The translations under genes were made by a program, and so were the position numbers. The notes below the pieces were generated by a model. It was not told where the DNA came from. It saw only the letters and a list, made by a program, of their open reading frames with translations, and did not search any database. Source: Methanobacteriota archaeon (GTDB lineage: Archaea; Thermoplasmatota; Poseidoniia; Poseidoniales; Poseidoniaceae). From it: a stretch of 34,970 nucleotides of DNA. The stretch covers positions 2,799 to 37,768 of the forward strand of contig WTIT01000113.1 in NCBI GenBank assembly GCA_011526375.1. The letters run 5' to 3'. Positions 8,607 through 17,310 of this stretch are shown piece after piece. The first letter of the stretch is position 1. Each line of letters starts with the position of its first letter.

Positions 8607-10172
8607 ATGGCGGATACACTAGATGTGGTGGCACGGTCATTCAACATCAACAATAAACTAGGACCTAAACTAGAAGCCGCCGCCGAACAAAATGCCATCT
8701 TACGAATAGGATGGACTAATGCTGGCGACCCAGTGCCTAAAAACGGCGAATTGGGATTGTGCCCCGGAATCCCAAAAGGAGCAAAGATACGGGCGCTTGG
8801 AACCCTAGGGTCATGGACTGCGGCATTTGGTAAAGGCGGGGTTTTCACCATCCAAGGTGATGTTGGATCGTTTTTGGGAGCTGCCAATAATGGTAACCAA
8901 ATCACATGTGAAAGATCCGCTGGAAATTATGCGGGCTTCGCAATGTCCTCAGGTAAAATATCAATTTTAGACGGATGTGGTGACGATTTAGGTTCATGTA
9001 TGTCTGGTGGTTTGTTAGCTGTCAGAGGCAATGCTGGACTTAGAGTTGGAGGTGGCATGACCGGAGGAATTATTGTCGTCGATGGCGATATTGGAAATGA
9101 TCCGGGTGCTGGAATGACTGGTGGTAAAATCATTGTCAATGGAAGGTGCCCTAATCCACCTGAAGGAGTTGTACTAAGACCAATAACAGATTCAGAACTA
9201 GTCGAACTAAACAAAGAAATCGATGACAAAAATTTCCAGATACCCAATGATTCAGTTTGCTTAGAATCTAGCGGGGAGCAAAAAAATAACAATCATAGCG
9301 TTGTTTCTGCTGGTGATTTATCCATGATTGGTCTAGTTCCATCCGGACAACCAAGAAATATGTTCTATTCTACATGTGATACTGTTGCCTTACTCGGAGA
9401 ACGTGCTGAATCTAATACTCCGATTGCTCTTCCACTGCCAATTCTACCACACATTACTGATGGAAATATCCTTGTCAACAAGAAAAAGCCATCAAAACTT
9501 GTTGAAACCCAGCCATTTGTTGTTACGCATAATCCAAGAACTGTTGATTTCATTTCAGTCGAGATGAATAATCTGACCCACTGCACAGACGCCTTATCAA
9601 GCAGTGGCGGTGCGGTTGTTAATTTGATGAAAATGCCAAGTATGGATGCTGAAGAAATAGACGGCATGCTGGTTGCTATCAGATCTTTACTTGGCCAAGA
9701 AAAACCATTCGGCTTTGCTGATGGAGTAGGGCGAATAGAAGCCCTGCACAAATCATCCTCATACCATAACGCAGACATTTCAATATGCATTATCGAAGAT
9801 GAGAGTGGAATTTCTGAATCTGCAAGTCTACCATTAATTGGCAGAAGTAACAAGGCAAATTTGGAAAACACCTACACAGACAGTGGAATTGAATTAGGAT
9901 TTTCAGCGAATGCAGAGGACATAGCTAAGTTACGAGCATCTGGGCTAAAATTCGTTTGTTGCTCATCACCAAGTGACAGTTATGATGAGATATCAAACTG
10001 GTTGGATGAAATTCAGTCTAAATTGTCAACTATTTTACAAAACCTTGGACTCGAATCAATTGATTCCTTAAGTAGACAAAACCTAAGAGCGCTGGATTAC
10101 GAAACGGCAGCTGTTAGTGGTTTGAGATTATCTGGGTATGAAAGACCACTCCCGCACTGGTTTGCAAGGTAG
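8607..10172 (+). CDS. GXGXG (GltB C-terminal/FwdC-like beta-helix) domain fused to a degenerate glutamate-synthase FMN-type domain
   Basis: N-half has GDVGSFLG/AGNYAGFAMSSG/CGDDLGSCMSGG/GNAGLRVGGGMTGG/GNDPGAGMTGG repeats. C-terminus LGLESIDSLSRQNLRALDYETAAVSGL resembles the end of archaeal stand-alone glutamate synthase FMN subunits. Confidence 0.75.
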   Translation: MADTLDVVARSFNINNKLGPKLEAAAEQNAILRIGWTNAGDPVPKNGELGLCPGIPKGAKIRALGTLGSWTAAFGKGGVFTIQGDVGSFLGAANNGNQITCERSAGNYAGFAMSSGKISILDGCGDDLGSCMSGGLLAVRGNAGLRVGGGMTGGIIVVDGDIGNDPGAGMTGGKIIVNGRCPNPPEGVVLRPITDSELVELNKEIDDKNFQIPNDSVCLESSGEQKNNNHSVVSAGDLSMIGLVPSGQPRNMFYSTCDTVALLGERAESNTPIALPLPILPHITDGNILVNKKKPSKLVETQPFVVTHNPRTVDFISVEMNNLTHCTDALSSSGGAVVNLMKMPSMDAEEIDGMLVAIRSLLGQEKPFGFADGVGRIEALHKSSSYHNADISICIIEDESGISESASLPLIGRSNKANLENTYTDSGIELGFSANAEDIAKLRASGLKFVCCSSPSDSYDEISNWLDEIQSKLSTILQNLGLESIDSLSRQNLRALDYETAAVSGLRLSGYERPLPHWFAR

Positions 10173-10176
10173 GTGA
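10171..10176 (+). promoter_or_regulatory. Shine-Dalgarno AGGTGA for pheT
   Basis: TAGGTGAGATAATG: overlaps the upstream stop and sits 4 nt before ATG 10181, implying co-transcription. Confidence 0.7.
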
Positions 10177-10180
10177 GATA

Positions 10181-11872
10181 ATGCCAACAATATCTGTAAA
10201 CCAAGATTTGATAACAAAATTACTGAATGTGCATGGATTAAAGCATGATGTTGAGGAATTGTCGGACCAATTACCATTGCTTGGTACAGACATTGATCGC
10301 TGTGATGAAGATACTCTGGACATCGAAATTTTCCCTAATCGACCGGATCTGTTGTCTGGAGAAACTTTATCGCGAGCGATTAGAAGTTTCATTCACCATC
10401 AAAATTCGGGACCTGATTTACCAGTAAATGAGGGTGATGTAGTAATTAGCGTAGACCCTGAATTAAAGGATATAAGGCCAATAATTCTTGGTGCTGTAGT
10501 CAAAAATATTGATTTAGAAAAACTGGGCATCGATGCAGATGATTTCATAAAATCACTAATGGATCATCAAGAAAAACTACATTTTGCCTTGGGCAGAGGT
10601 AGAAAAAGAGCCTCAATTGGCGTTCATGACCTTACAACAATAACCCCACCGTTCCGTGTCAAAGCAGTATCTGGTGAACAACAATTTGTCCCCTTAGCAA
10701 TGGATAAACCAATGAGTATCAATGATATTCTACTAAACCATCCAAAAGGAATTGACTATGCTCATTTGTTGGATGGTTATGACAAATTTCCTGTGATAGT
10801 TGATTCTAAAGAAAATATACTTTCATTCCCTCCAATAATCAATGGTAATCACACTACTGTGACATCTTCAACCAAAGATTTCTTCATTGATGTCACCGGT
10901 TGGGATTTCCGTTCTTGCGAAGCATCCCTAATGTTAGTCGCCTTGCAACTACAAGAACTTGGAGGCACTATTGAAACTGTCACAATAACCGACTGTGATG
11001 GTGTTACCAAGCAATTCCCCAATGGTAATTCTGTTGAACATGTACTACCTACAACAATGCTTGATGGTTTACTGGGTAGAGAACTAAATGAACAAGAATT
11101 AACCAAATCAATTAATCGAATGGGTGGACGGTTTATTTCCCGTGATTCAAAAGAGATTAAACTTGCAATGCCTAGATGGAGATTTGACATTTTGCATCCG
11201 GTAGATTTGGTTGAAGATATCGCCATAGGACATGGTTTCGAAGATTTAGGCGAGGATATTCCACGCTCACCAATGACAGCAAGACCAAGAACTGATAATA
11301 ATCTACTCCGCAGAATAAGAGATTCCATGCAAGGTTTGGGAATGATGCAGATACAGTCGCTCACCCTGTCTAATGATGACGATCAATTTAGGCTTGTAAG
11401 GTGGAATAATGTCGGTGAAGTTACCAGAATAACTAATCCAATTACCATTGACCATACGCTACTACGCCAATATCTGCTACCGGGATTATTACGTTTATTA
11501 TCCTCAAATAGACACCATGATTTGCCTCAAAGCGTATACGAATTAGGAACTGTAGTAAGAGACCACAAAAATTCATCAAGGCTTGCTTTTTTAGTGGCCG
11601 AACGAACCGGTGGATTTGCTTCAATTAGAGGGAGAATTCAAGCATTTTTGCGAGATATAGGTGCTAGTGCATATGAGATTCAACCATTGCCCGATAATGA
11701 TGGTCCATGGCTGGCTGGCAGGGCTGCAAAAGTAATTGTTAATGGCAACCACATTGGCTGTTTTGGCGAGATAGATCCTCATGTCGCAGAGCATTTTGAA
11801 TTGAAGGTGCCGATGAATGGAGCAGAATTTTGCTTACAAGAATTAGCAAATTCAATTCCTGACCCTGTTTGA
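10181..11872 (+). CDS. pheT: Phenylalanine--tRNA ligase beta subunit (archaeal type)
   Basis: MPTI start, IEIFPNRPDLLS, QEKLH..LGRGRKRASIGVHD, SFPPIING, RFDILHPVDLVEDIAIGHG, NPIT..TLLR, FGEIDP. Confidence 0.96.
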   Translation: MPTISVNQDLITKLLNVHGLKHDVEELSDQLPLLGTDIDRCDEDTLDIEIFPNRPDLLSGETLSRAIRSFIHHQNSGPDLPVNEGDVVISVDPELKDIRPIILGAVVKNIDLEKLGIDADDFIKSLMDHQEKLHFALGRGRKRASIGVHDLTTITPPFRVKAVSGEQQFVPLAMDKPMSINDILLNHPKGIDYAHLLDGYDKFPVIVDSKENILSFPPIINGNHTTVTSSTKDFFIDVTGWDFRSCEASLMLVALQLQELGGTIETVTITDCDGVTKQFPNGNSVEHVLPTTMLDGLLGRELNEQELTKSINRMGGRFISRDSKEIKLAMPRWRFDILHPVDLVEDIAIGHGFEDLGEDIPRSPMTARPRTDNNLLRRIRDSMQGLGMMQIQSLTLSNDDDQFRLVRWNNVGEVTRITNPITIDHTLLRQYLLPGLLRLLSSNRHHDLPQSVYELGTVVRDHKNSSRLAFLVAERTGGFASIRGRIQAFLRDIGASAYEIQPLPDNDGPWLAGRAAKVIVNGNHIGCFGEIDPHVAEHFELKVPMNGAEFCLQELANSIPDPV

Positions 11873-11893
11873 ACACACAAAACATAGCATTGT

Positions 11894-11899
11894 TTGAAA
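11894..11899 (+). promoter_or_regulatory. Putative TATA-box variant TTGAAA
   Basis: At -28..-23 from ATG 11922. Confidence 0.5.
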
Positions 11900-11921
11900 T
11901 GCTAATCTTCATCCACCAAAC

Positions 11922-14372
11922 ATGCGCAGATTAGCAGTATTACTTGTAATACTAATTTGTGCAGCCTCACCGTTGATGGCACTTTCCAGTGCCAACTCGA
12001 AATCCACCAGTGATTTGCTCGATGTACAATCAAGTGGTGAACACATTATTCACCTAGGGGAAACTATTGAAGCGATTATAACTGTCAAGAATCAGGGTAG
12101 TGATACTACGATTATCGACTTTTCATATGAATTACCAGGCAATATTTCAATATCTAATTTGCCTAATGATTTTACTTTAGTTTCAAATCAAGTAAGACAA
12201 TTTAGGTTTTACTTTTCATGTGATGATTTTGCATCTTACAACACTGTACTAGCTTATGTAAACATCACTTCAGACATGGATTCAATTATCTACGCAAATG
12301 AATTCACCCTAATTATTTCGAGACAATCTGACCTTAGGTTTGGAGTAACCGAAGATTCAGAATTCATCGTAGACCCTGGCCTTCGTACCAATTTGGCAGT
12401 TAATATGACAAATTTTGCTCAATTCGATGATGATGTAAGTTTCTCAATCACCACTAATTCAGGCTGGACATGGGGATGGGATATGGACTATGTTGAAAAT
12501 GGGAAAGCAATCGAATCTATCGAAATTGGCGAATTAATATTCGCTAGATTATGGATTGATATCCCCAAAGTTATCGATTCTAACCCATTGTATTTGTCGG
12601 GACCGAGGTTTTCACTCACTGCAACATCTAGTTTAGACCGTGCAGAAGTAACATGGAGTTTTGATTTGCTGATGTCTGAATTTCGTAATGTGACACTGGA
12701 TTCAAGGGGAGAGGACTTACAACTTGACCCAGATTCAAATGGAAGATTGCCAATAACTATCAAAAACTCAGGTAACATAGAAAATAGATATGATTTAGAG
12801 TTACAGATTGTTGATGAATTTGGAACCATAGTAGACAGCATACCTGCCTCTGACCGTATCGAATATCAAGGATGGATAGTGGCTATTTTTGGTGGCTATG
12901 AAGATGAGTTAATCATTCCAACCAACAAAAGAACCTTTGAAATTGGATTCCAGTCACCTAATCAAAATCAAGGTAAAATAGATGTTAGACTAAGCATTAT
13001 TCCTGTTGGAGCCATCACAAGAACAATTCAAATTGACTTGACATCCGAAATAATATGGAATCGAGATTTTGCTACGGATTTGGTATCGCAAGAATGTACA
13101 ATATTACCAACAGAAAGTTGTAATCCCATATTTAGAATAACGAATAATGGCAATTATCAGGATATATTTCGAATTGAGGCAGTTCAAATTCCAACATTTG
13201 TAACCCTAGAAAATGGTCAGATATCTCTAGAAATACCCAAAAACACCTACGTTGACATCACTGACATCACAATTACTGCTATTGAAGGTGTAGAAGCATT
13301 TTCTAATTCACAGGTAATTTTTAATGTCCAACCAGTAGGAATTACAAATGCTGTACAAACTGTTGCCTTCGATGTAGTTATAGCACCAAAAATTGATTGG
13401 TCAATTCAAGATTTGACTGAAGAAAATGATGCACTAGGGAGATTTAATATCGCCATGACTCTGCGAAACAACGGTAATGCAGCAGATGGTATAATTGTTC
13501 AATTGCAATGTTCCCATTACACACCTATGACCCTCATACCACCTACTAATTCTGTAACTGAACCAGGTGTAGAGTTCCCTCGCTCATTTGAAATAAACGA
13601 CATTGATTTTGGCTCAAACTTCACCGTCCGTGCTTGGGCAGAAATCCCCACTGATCAAAACAGTAATGGAACGATGTACCTTAATATCAGCATTAGGTCA
13701 AGTTTTTCTCCCGATGAACCAATATCATTCACCACTGCAGTTGATTATGTAGGCGTGCCTTGGCAAGTAGAATATACTAAAGAGACAGATGAAGGATTTT
13801 CAGAGATACTCTCGACAACAGTTGAATTTGTATATGCGTGGAAATGGATTTTACTATCGATCTTAGCCTCGACATTGATAATTGGGAAAGCATTTTTCGA
13901 CAGAAGGGATAGAAATCAACAAATGGAATTTATCAATCAATTAGGCAACCAATCTAGTTCACCCCAACAGGATGATTGGATGGCTAAATTCAGCAAAAAA
14001 GTTGAAACAGATACAGTAATTCAATCACCAACAATTTCTCCAGAAAATTTTACCCGAGGATTTCAAAGTAAAAGTTCTGGTCAAAAACCCATCACTACGC
14101 CAGTCGAAGAACGTTTACGTGATGCAGCTAACCTAGTTCTTGATACACATGACAAATCAACTGTCGTCAAGGAAGCAGATGAGCTACTTGATTCGATCAC
14201 AATTACTGGTATCAACTCCCCTGCACAGGAAAACACGAAATTGGAAATGAAAGATTACAATCCAAATATGACTGAAAGAAGCGACCCTCAAAATTTGCTC
14301 AATGAAAAAACTAGTAGCCAAGAGTACACAAAGAAGGTTCCTCTACCAGAAAACGATGATTTAGATTTTTGA
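11922..14372 (+). CDS. Uncharacterised single-pass surface protein with Ig-like (NEW3/COG1470-type) repeats and a cytoplasmic tail
   Basis: Signal peptide MRRLAVLLVILICAA; repeated motifs ITVKNQGS, ITIKNSGN, FRITNNGN, MTLRNNGN; TM WKWILLSILASTLIIG; polar C-tail ending DDLDF. Confidence 0.75.
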   Translation: MRRLAVLLVILICAASPLMALSSANSKSTSDLLDVQSSGEHIIHLGETIEAIITVKNQGSDTTIIDFSYELPGNISISNLPNDFTLVSNQVRQFRFYFSCDDFASYNTVLAYVNITSDMDSIIYANEFTLIISRQSDLRFGVTEDSEFIVDPGLRTNLAVNMTNFAQFDDDVSFSITTNSGWTWGWDMDYVENGKAIESIEIGELIFARLWIDIPKVIDSNPLYLSGPRFSLTATSSLDRAEVTWSFDLLMSEFRNVTLDSRGEDLQLDPDSNGRLPITIKNSGNIENRYDLELQIVDEFGTIVDSIPASDRIEYQGWIVAIFGGYEDELIIPTNKRTFEIGFQSPNQNQGKIDVRLSIIPVGAITRTIQIDLTSEIIWNRDFATDLVSQECTILPTESCNPIFRITNNGNYQDIFRIEAVQIPTFVTLENGQISLEIPKNTYVDITDITITAIEGVEAFSNSQVIFNVQPVGITNAVQTVAFDVVIAPKIDWSIQDLTEENDALGRFNIAMTLRNNGNAADGIIVQLQCSHYTPMTLIPPTNSVTEPGVEFPRSFEINDIDFGSNFTVRAWAEIPTDQNSNGTMYLNISIRSSFSPDEPISFTTAVDYVGVPWQVEYTKETDEGFSEILSTTVEFVYAWKWILLSILASTLIIGKAFFDRRDRNQQMEFINQLGNQSSSPQQDDWMAKFSKKVETDTVIQSPTISPENFTRGFQSKSSGQKPITTPVEERLRDAANLVLDTHDKSTVVKEADELLDSITITGINSPAQENTKLEMKDYNPNMTERSDPQNLLNEKTSSQEYTKKVPLPENDDLDF

Positions 14373-14378
14373 GATAAC

Positions 14379-15098
14379 ATGATAGAAATTGGCATTGATG
14401 AAGCGGGCAGAGGACCTGTGATTGGCCCACTTGTGGTTTGCAGTGTAGCAATCCCAAAATCTGATATCGGCCTCTTAGTCGAGATTGGAGTCAAGGATTC
14501 AAAAGATTTAACGGCAAAAAAACGCCTAACGATAAAAGAATGGTTTATCGAAAACTGTGACAAAAAAGGGTGGAGATATTCATTGATCTATTGTTCACCT
14601 GAGAGAATAGATGAAGCTGTATTTAGCAAAGGGCTAAACATTTTAGAAACTGAATTATTTGCCGAGTCAATCAATGGTCTTAGAGTAAATACTGAAGGCG
14701 AAGTAAATATTACCTGTGATGCTTGTGATGTTGATGAGTTACGGTTTAGCCGAAGGGTCATGCAACTGATAGATGGATGGCCATGGGATAATTCCGTTTT
14801 GAGTAGTTATCACAAGGCTGATGAGAACTATCCAATAGTTGGAATGGCTAGTATACTTGCAAAAGAGGCGAGAGATGCAGCAATAAAATCAATCGAAGAA
14901 AATGTTGGTTTTCCGATAGGTTCTGGTTACCCTAGCGATAAGAAGACTATTGATGCTGTTCGAAAAATGATTAATGGAAAACCCCATGATCAGTTGAGGT
15001 GGTCATGGTCGACTGTCAAGCGGATTTGGAGTGAGAAATACACATCTGAAATCCCCAAGAGGGCGATTGAAAGTGGCAATCAAACCACCTTATTTTAA
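14379..15098 (+). CDS. rnhB: Ribonuclease HII
   Basis: GIDEAGRGPVIGPLVV, GVKDSK, DACD, HKAD..YPIVGMASILAK, GSGYPSD, RWSW; C-terminal QTTLF resembles a PCNA-interacting PIP box. Confidence 0.96.
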   Translation: MIEIGIDEAGRGPVIGPLVVCSVAIPKSDIGLLVEIGVKDSKDLTAKKRLTIKEWFIENCDKKGWRYSLIYCSPERIDEAVFSKGLNILETELFAESINGLRVNTEGEVNITCDACDVDELRFSRRVMQLIDGWPWDNSVLSSYHKADENYPIVGMASILAKEARDAAIKSIEENVGFPIGSGYPSDKKTIDAVRKMINGKPHDQLRWSWSTVKRIWSEKYTSEIPKRAIESGNQTTLF

Positions 15099-15133
15099 CC
15101 ACTCAATTCATGAAGTATCGGCCATAGGGTTGT

Positions 15134-16855
15134 TTGTTTGACATGGATTGGTCTCCGGATGAAAAAACAGAAACCATGCTTTGGCATATGGCTATTCAAA
15201 ATGCAATTGAATATTCAGGTAAAGCTGCACCTGGTTCGGTTATTGGGCGAATAATGAGCATGAGGCAAGATTTGAGACCTCATGGCAAAATTTTGAGCCC
15301 TTTGATTGCACAAAAAGTCTCCCAAGCAAATAGCTTGGCCAGTGAACAAGGGCTTGATTATTTGAGAAAAATACTCGCTGAAGAGGCTCCCGAATTGTTA
15401 GAAGAAAGGGAAAAGCAAGTCAAACGTGAGGGGCTGCCGGAATTAAAAAATGCAGAACAAGGCAAAGTTGTTTTGCGATTTGCCCCTAATCCAAACGGGC
15501 CACTATCTTTTGGCCACGCAAGGGGTATTATAATCAATGGAGAATATGCCAAAGAATACAACGGCGAACTTATACTGCGGTTTGATGACACCGATACGAC
15601 AGTAAAACCACCTCTCTTAGAGGCATACGAGACAATTCAAACGGAAGCAGAGTGGTTACTTGGATTCAAACCACAAAGAGTAGTTATTGCTAGTGACAGA
15701 ATTCTAGAATATTACCACCATGTAGATTTAATGCTCGATGGAAAATTCGGTTATGTGTGCCAATGTAGCGCAGAGGATTTCAGAGAATTCAGAGTGAATA
15801 AAACCAACTGCCCTTGCCGTGATAATGATGTTCAGTTGAATCAAAAATTGTGGTCTAAAATGCTTGACGGAACGTTCCAACCTGGTGATGCAGTTGTAAG
15901 GGTAAAAACCGATATGTCTCTAAAAAATCCGGCATTAAGAGATTGGCCAGCCCTTAGAATTCAAGACACTGTTGCTAACCCACATCCACGGCCAGAGATA
16001 GGTTCCAAATATCGCGTTTGGCCATTGTTAGATTTTCAAAGTGCGGTTGAAGACTATTTACAAGGTGTAACGCACATAATTCGTGGAAAAGATTTGATGG
16101 ATTCTACCAGAAAACAGACTTTGTTGTACCAACATTTTGGTTGGAAATACCCCGAAACAATGTATTGGGGTCGAGTCAAAGTTCACGAGTGGGGTGGATT
16201 TTCAACCTCACAAATGCGTCAAGATATCGAATCAGGAAAGTATACCGGTTGGTCAGACCCAAGGCTTCCAACCATTGCTGGATTGAGTGGTACCGGAATA
16301 CAAGCTGCAGCGTTGCGAAACTTCTGGAAAGAGTTAGGCGTTACTCAAAAAGACATAGCGGTTCCACTCGCAACATTGTATTCACATAATATCAAGGTAA
16401 TCGACGATGATGCACCCCGTATTTCATTCATCAGGAATCCTGTTGAGATTGATATACAAGGTACTGATGAACTAGAAATTGTTGTGCCCAGACATCCCAA
16501 TAACAAACAACTGGGAACTCGTAACATCAACTTAGATAGTAAAACGATTTATCTAGAACAAGAAGATTTAGCGCACAATGAATTAAGATTGAAAGAATTT
16601 GGAGACTTTGTTATCGGCGGCGAGGTTGCTAAACTGGTTTCTAAGGACCGAAGTGATAAGCGGAAAATTGTCCACTGGGCATCAAAAGATAGTAGTCAGG
16701 ATGCTCAGTTAATGTTGGTTTCCAACGGAGAATTGACATCGATTAAAGGGAAACTAGAGAGTCATAATTTGCCTATTGGAACTCCTGTTCAAATCGAAAG
16801 GATCGGTTATGGAATTATCTCAAAGCCTGATGTTGTAACATTCACCCATGATTAG
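15134..16855 (+). CDS. gltX: Glutamate--tRNA ligase (archaeal)
   Basis: RFAPNPNGPLSFGH, LRFDDTD, CQC...CPC, NPALRDW, WPLLDF, THIIRGKD, WSDPRLPT, QIERIGY. Start may be ATG 15143. Confidence 0.96.
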   Translation: MFDMDWSPDEKTETMLWHMAIQNAIEYSGKAAPGSVIGRIMSMRQDLRPHGKILSPLIAQKVSQANSLASEQGLDYLRKILAEEAPELLEEREKQVKREGLPELKNAEQGKVVLRFAPNPNGPLSFGHARGIIINGEYAKEYNGELILRFDDTDTTVKPPLLEAYETIQTEAEWLLGFKPQRVVIASDRILEYYHHVDLMLDGKFGYVCQCSAEDFREFRVNKTNCPCRDNDVQLNQKLWSKMLDGTFQPGDAVVRVKTDMSLKNPALRDWPALRIQDTVANPHPRPEIGSKYRVWPLLDFQSAVEDYLQGVTHIIRGKDLMDSTRKQTLLYQHFGWKYPETMYWGRVKVHEWGGFSTSQMRQDIESGKYTGWSDPRLPTIAGLSGTGIQAAALRNFWKELGVTQKDIAVPLATLYSHNIKVIDDDAPRISFIRNPVEIDIQGTDELEIVVPRHPNNKQLGTRNINLDSKTIYLEQEDLAHNELRLKEFGDFVIGGEVAKLVSKDRSDKRKIVHWASKDSSQDAQLMLVSNGELTSIKGKLESHNLPIGTPVQIERIGYGIISKPDVVTFTHD

Positions 16856-16875
16856 GAAGTAATAAATCTCGAGAC

Positions 16876-17310
16876 ATGCACGACGATGCAATGTCAACCG
16901 ATACTAAGACTGTTGCAGATCTAGACCTAAATGATGAACATATCACTGCAGGAGTGAGTGATACACTACAAGAGGCTGCTCGAAGATTACTAACTGTTCC
17001 TGGCGGCATACTCATTGTTTTAGATGATAACTCTAAGGTCAAGGGAGTAATTGGATACAAGCAGTTATTAGTCGCTATCGACAAAGAAATCGATACAAAA
17101 ACCGCAACTTGTGGTGAGCATATGGAAATGGATTTCATGGAAATTAAGCTTACTGAAGAGTTGTCGAGCGTCCTAAAGAATATCAGAAAGAGGTCTCCAC
17201 AAGCAGTTGTTGCAGTAGATAATAATGGTGACTTTAGTGGTTATTTTTCACCTAGTGATTACAAAGAGAGTAGAGCAATTGTAAGATCTCTCAAGCGTCT
17301 AAAGTTGTAA
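16876..17310 (+). CDS. CBS-domain pair protein
   Basis: TVADL...TLQEAARRL...LIVLDD..VKGVI and CGEHM...VVAVDNNGDFSGYFS. True start may be ATG 16891 (ATAAAT at -29). Confidence 0.8.
   Translation: MHDDAMSTDTKTVADLDLNDEHITAGVSDTLQEAARRLLTVPGGILIVLDDNSKVKGVIGYKQLLVAIDKEIDTKTATCGEHMEMDFMEIKLTEELSSVLKNIRKRSPQAVVAVDNNGDFSGYFSPSDYKESRAIVRSLKRLKL

Noticed and set aside
8607-9200. FwdC (formylmethanofuran dehydrogenase C) or methanogenesis gene
   Set aside because: The GXGXG fold is shared with GltB; no other fwd/fmd genes are present and the C-terminus is glutamate-synthase-like.
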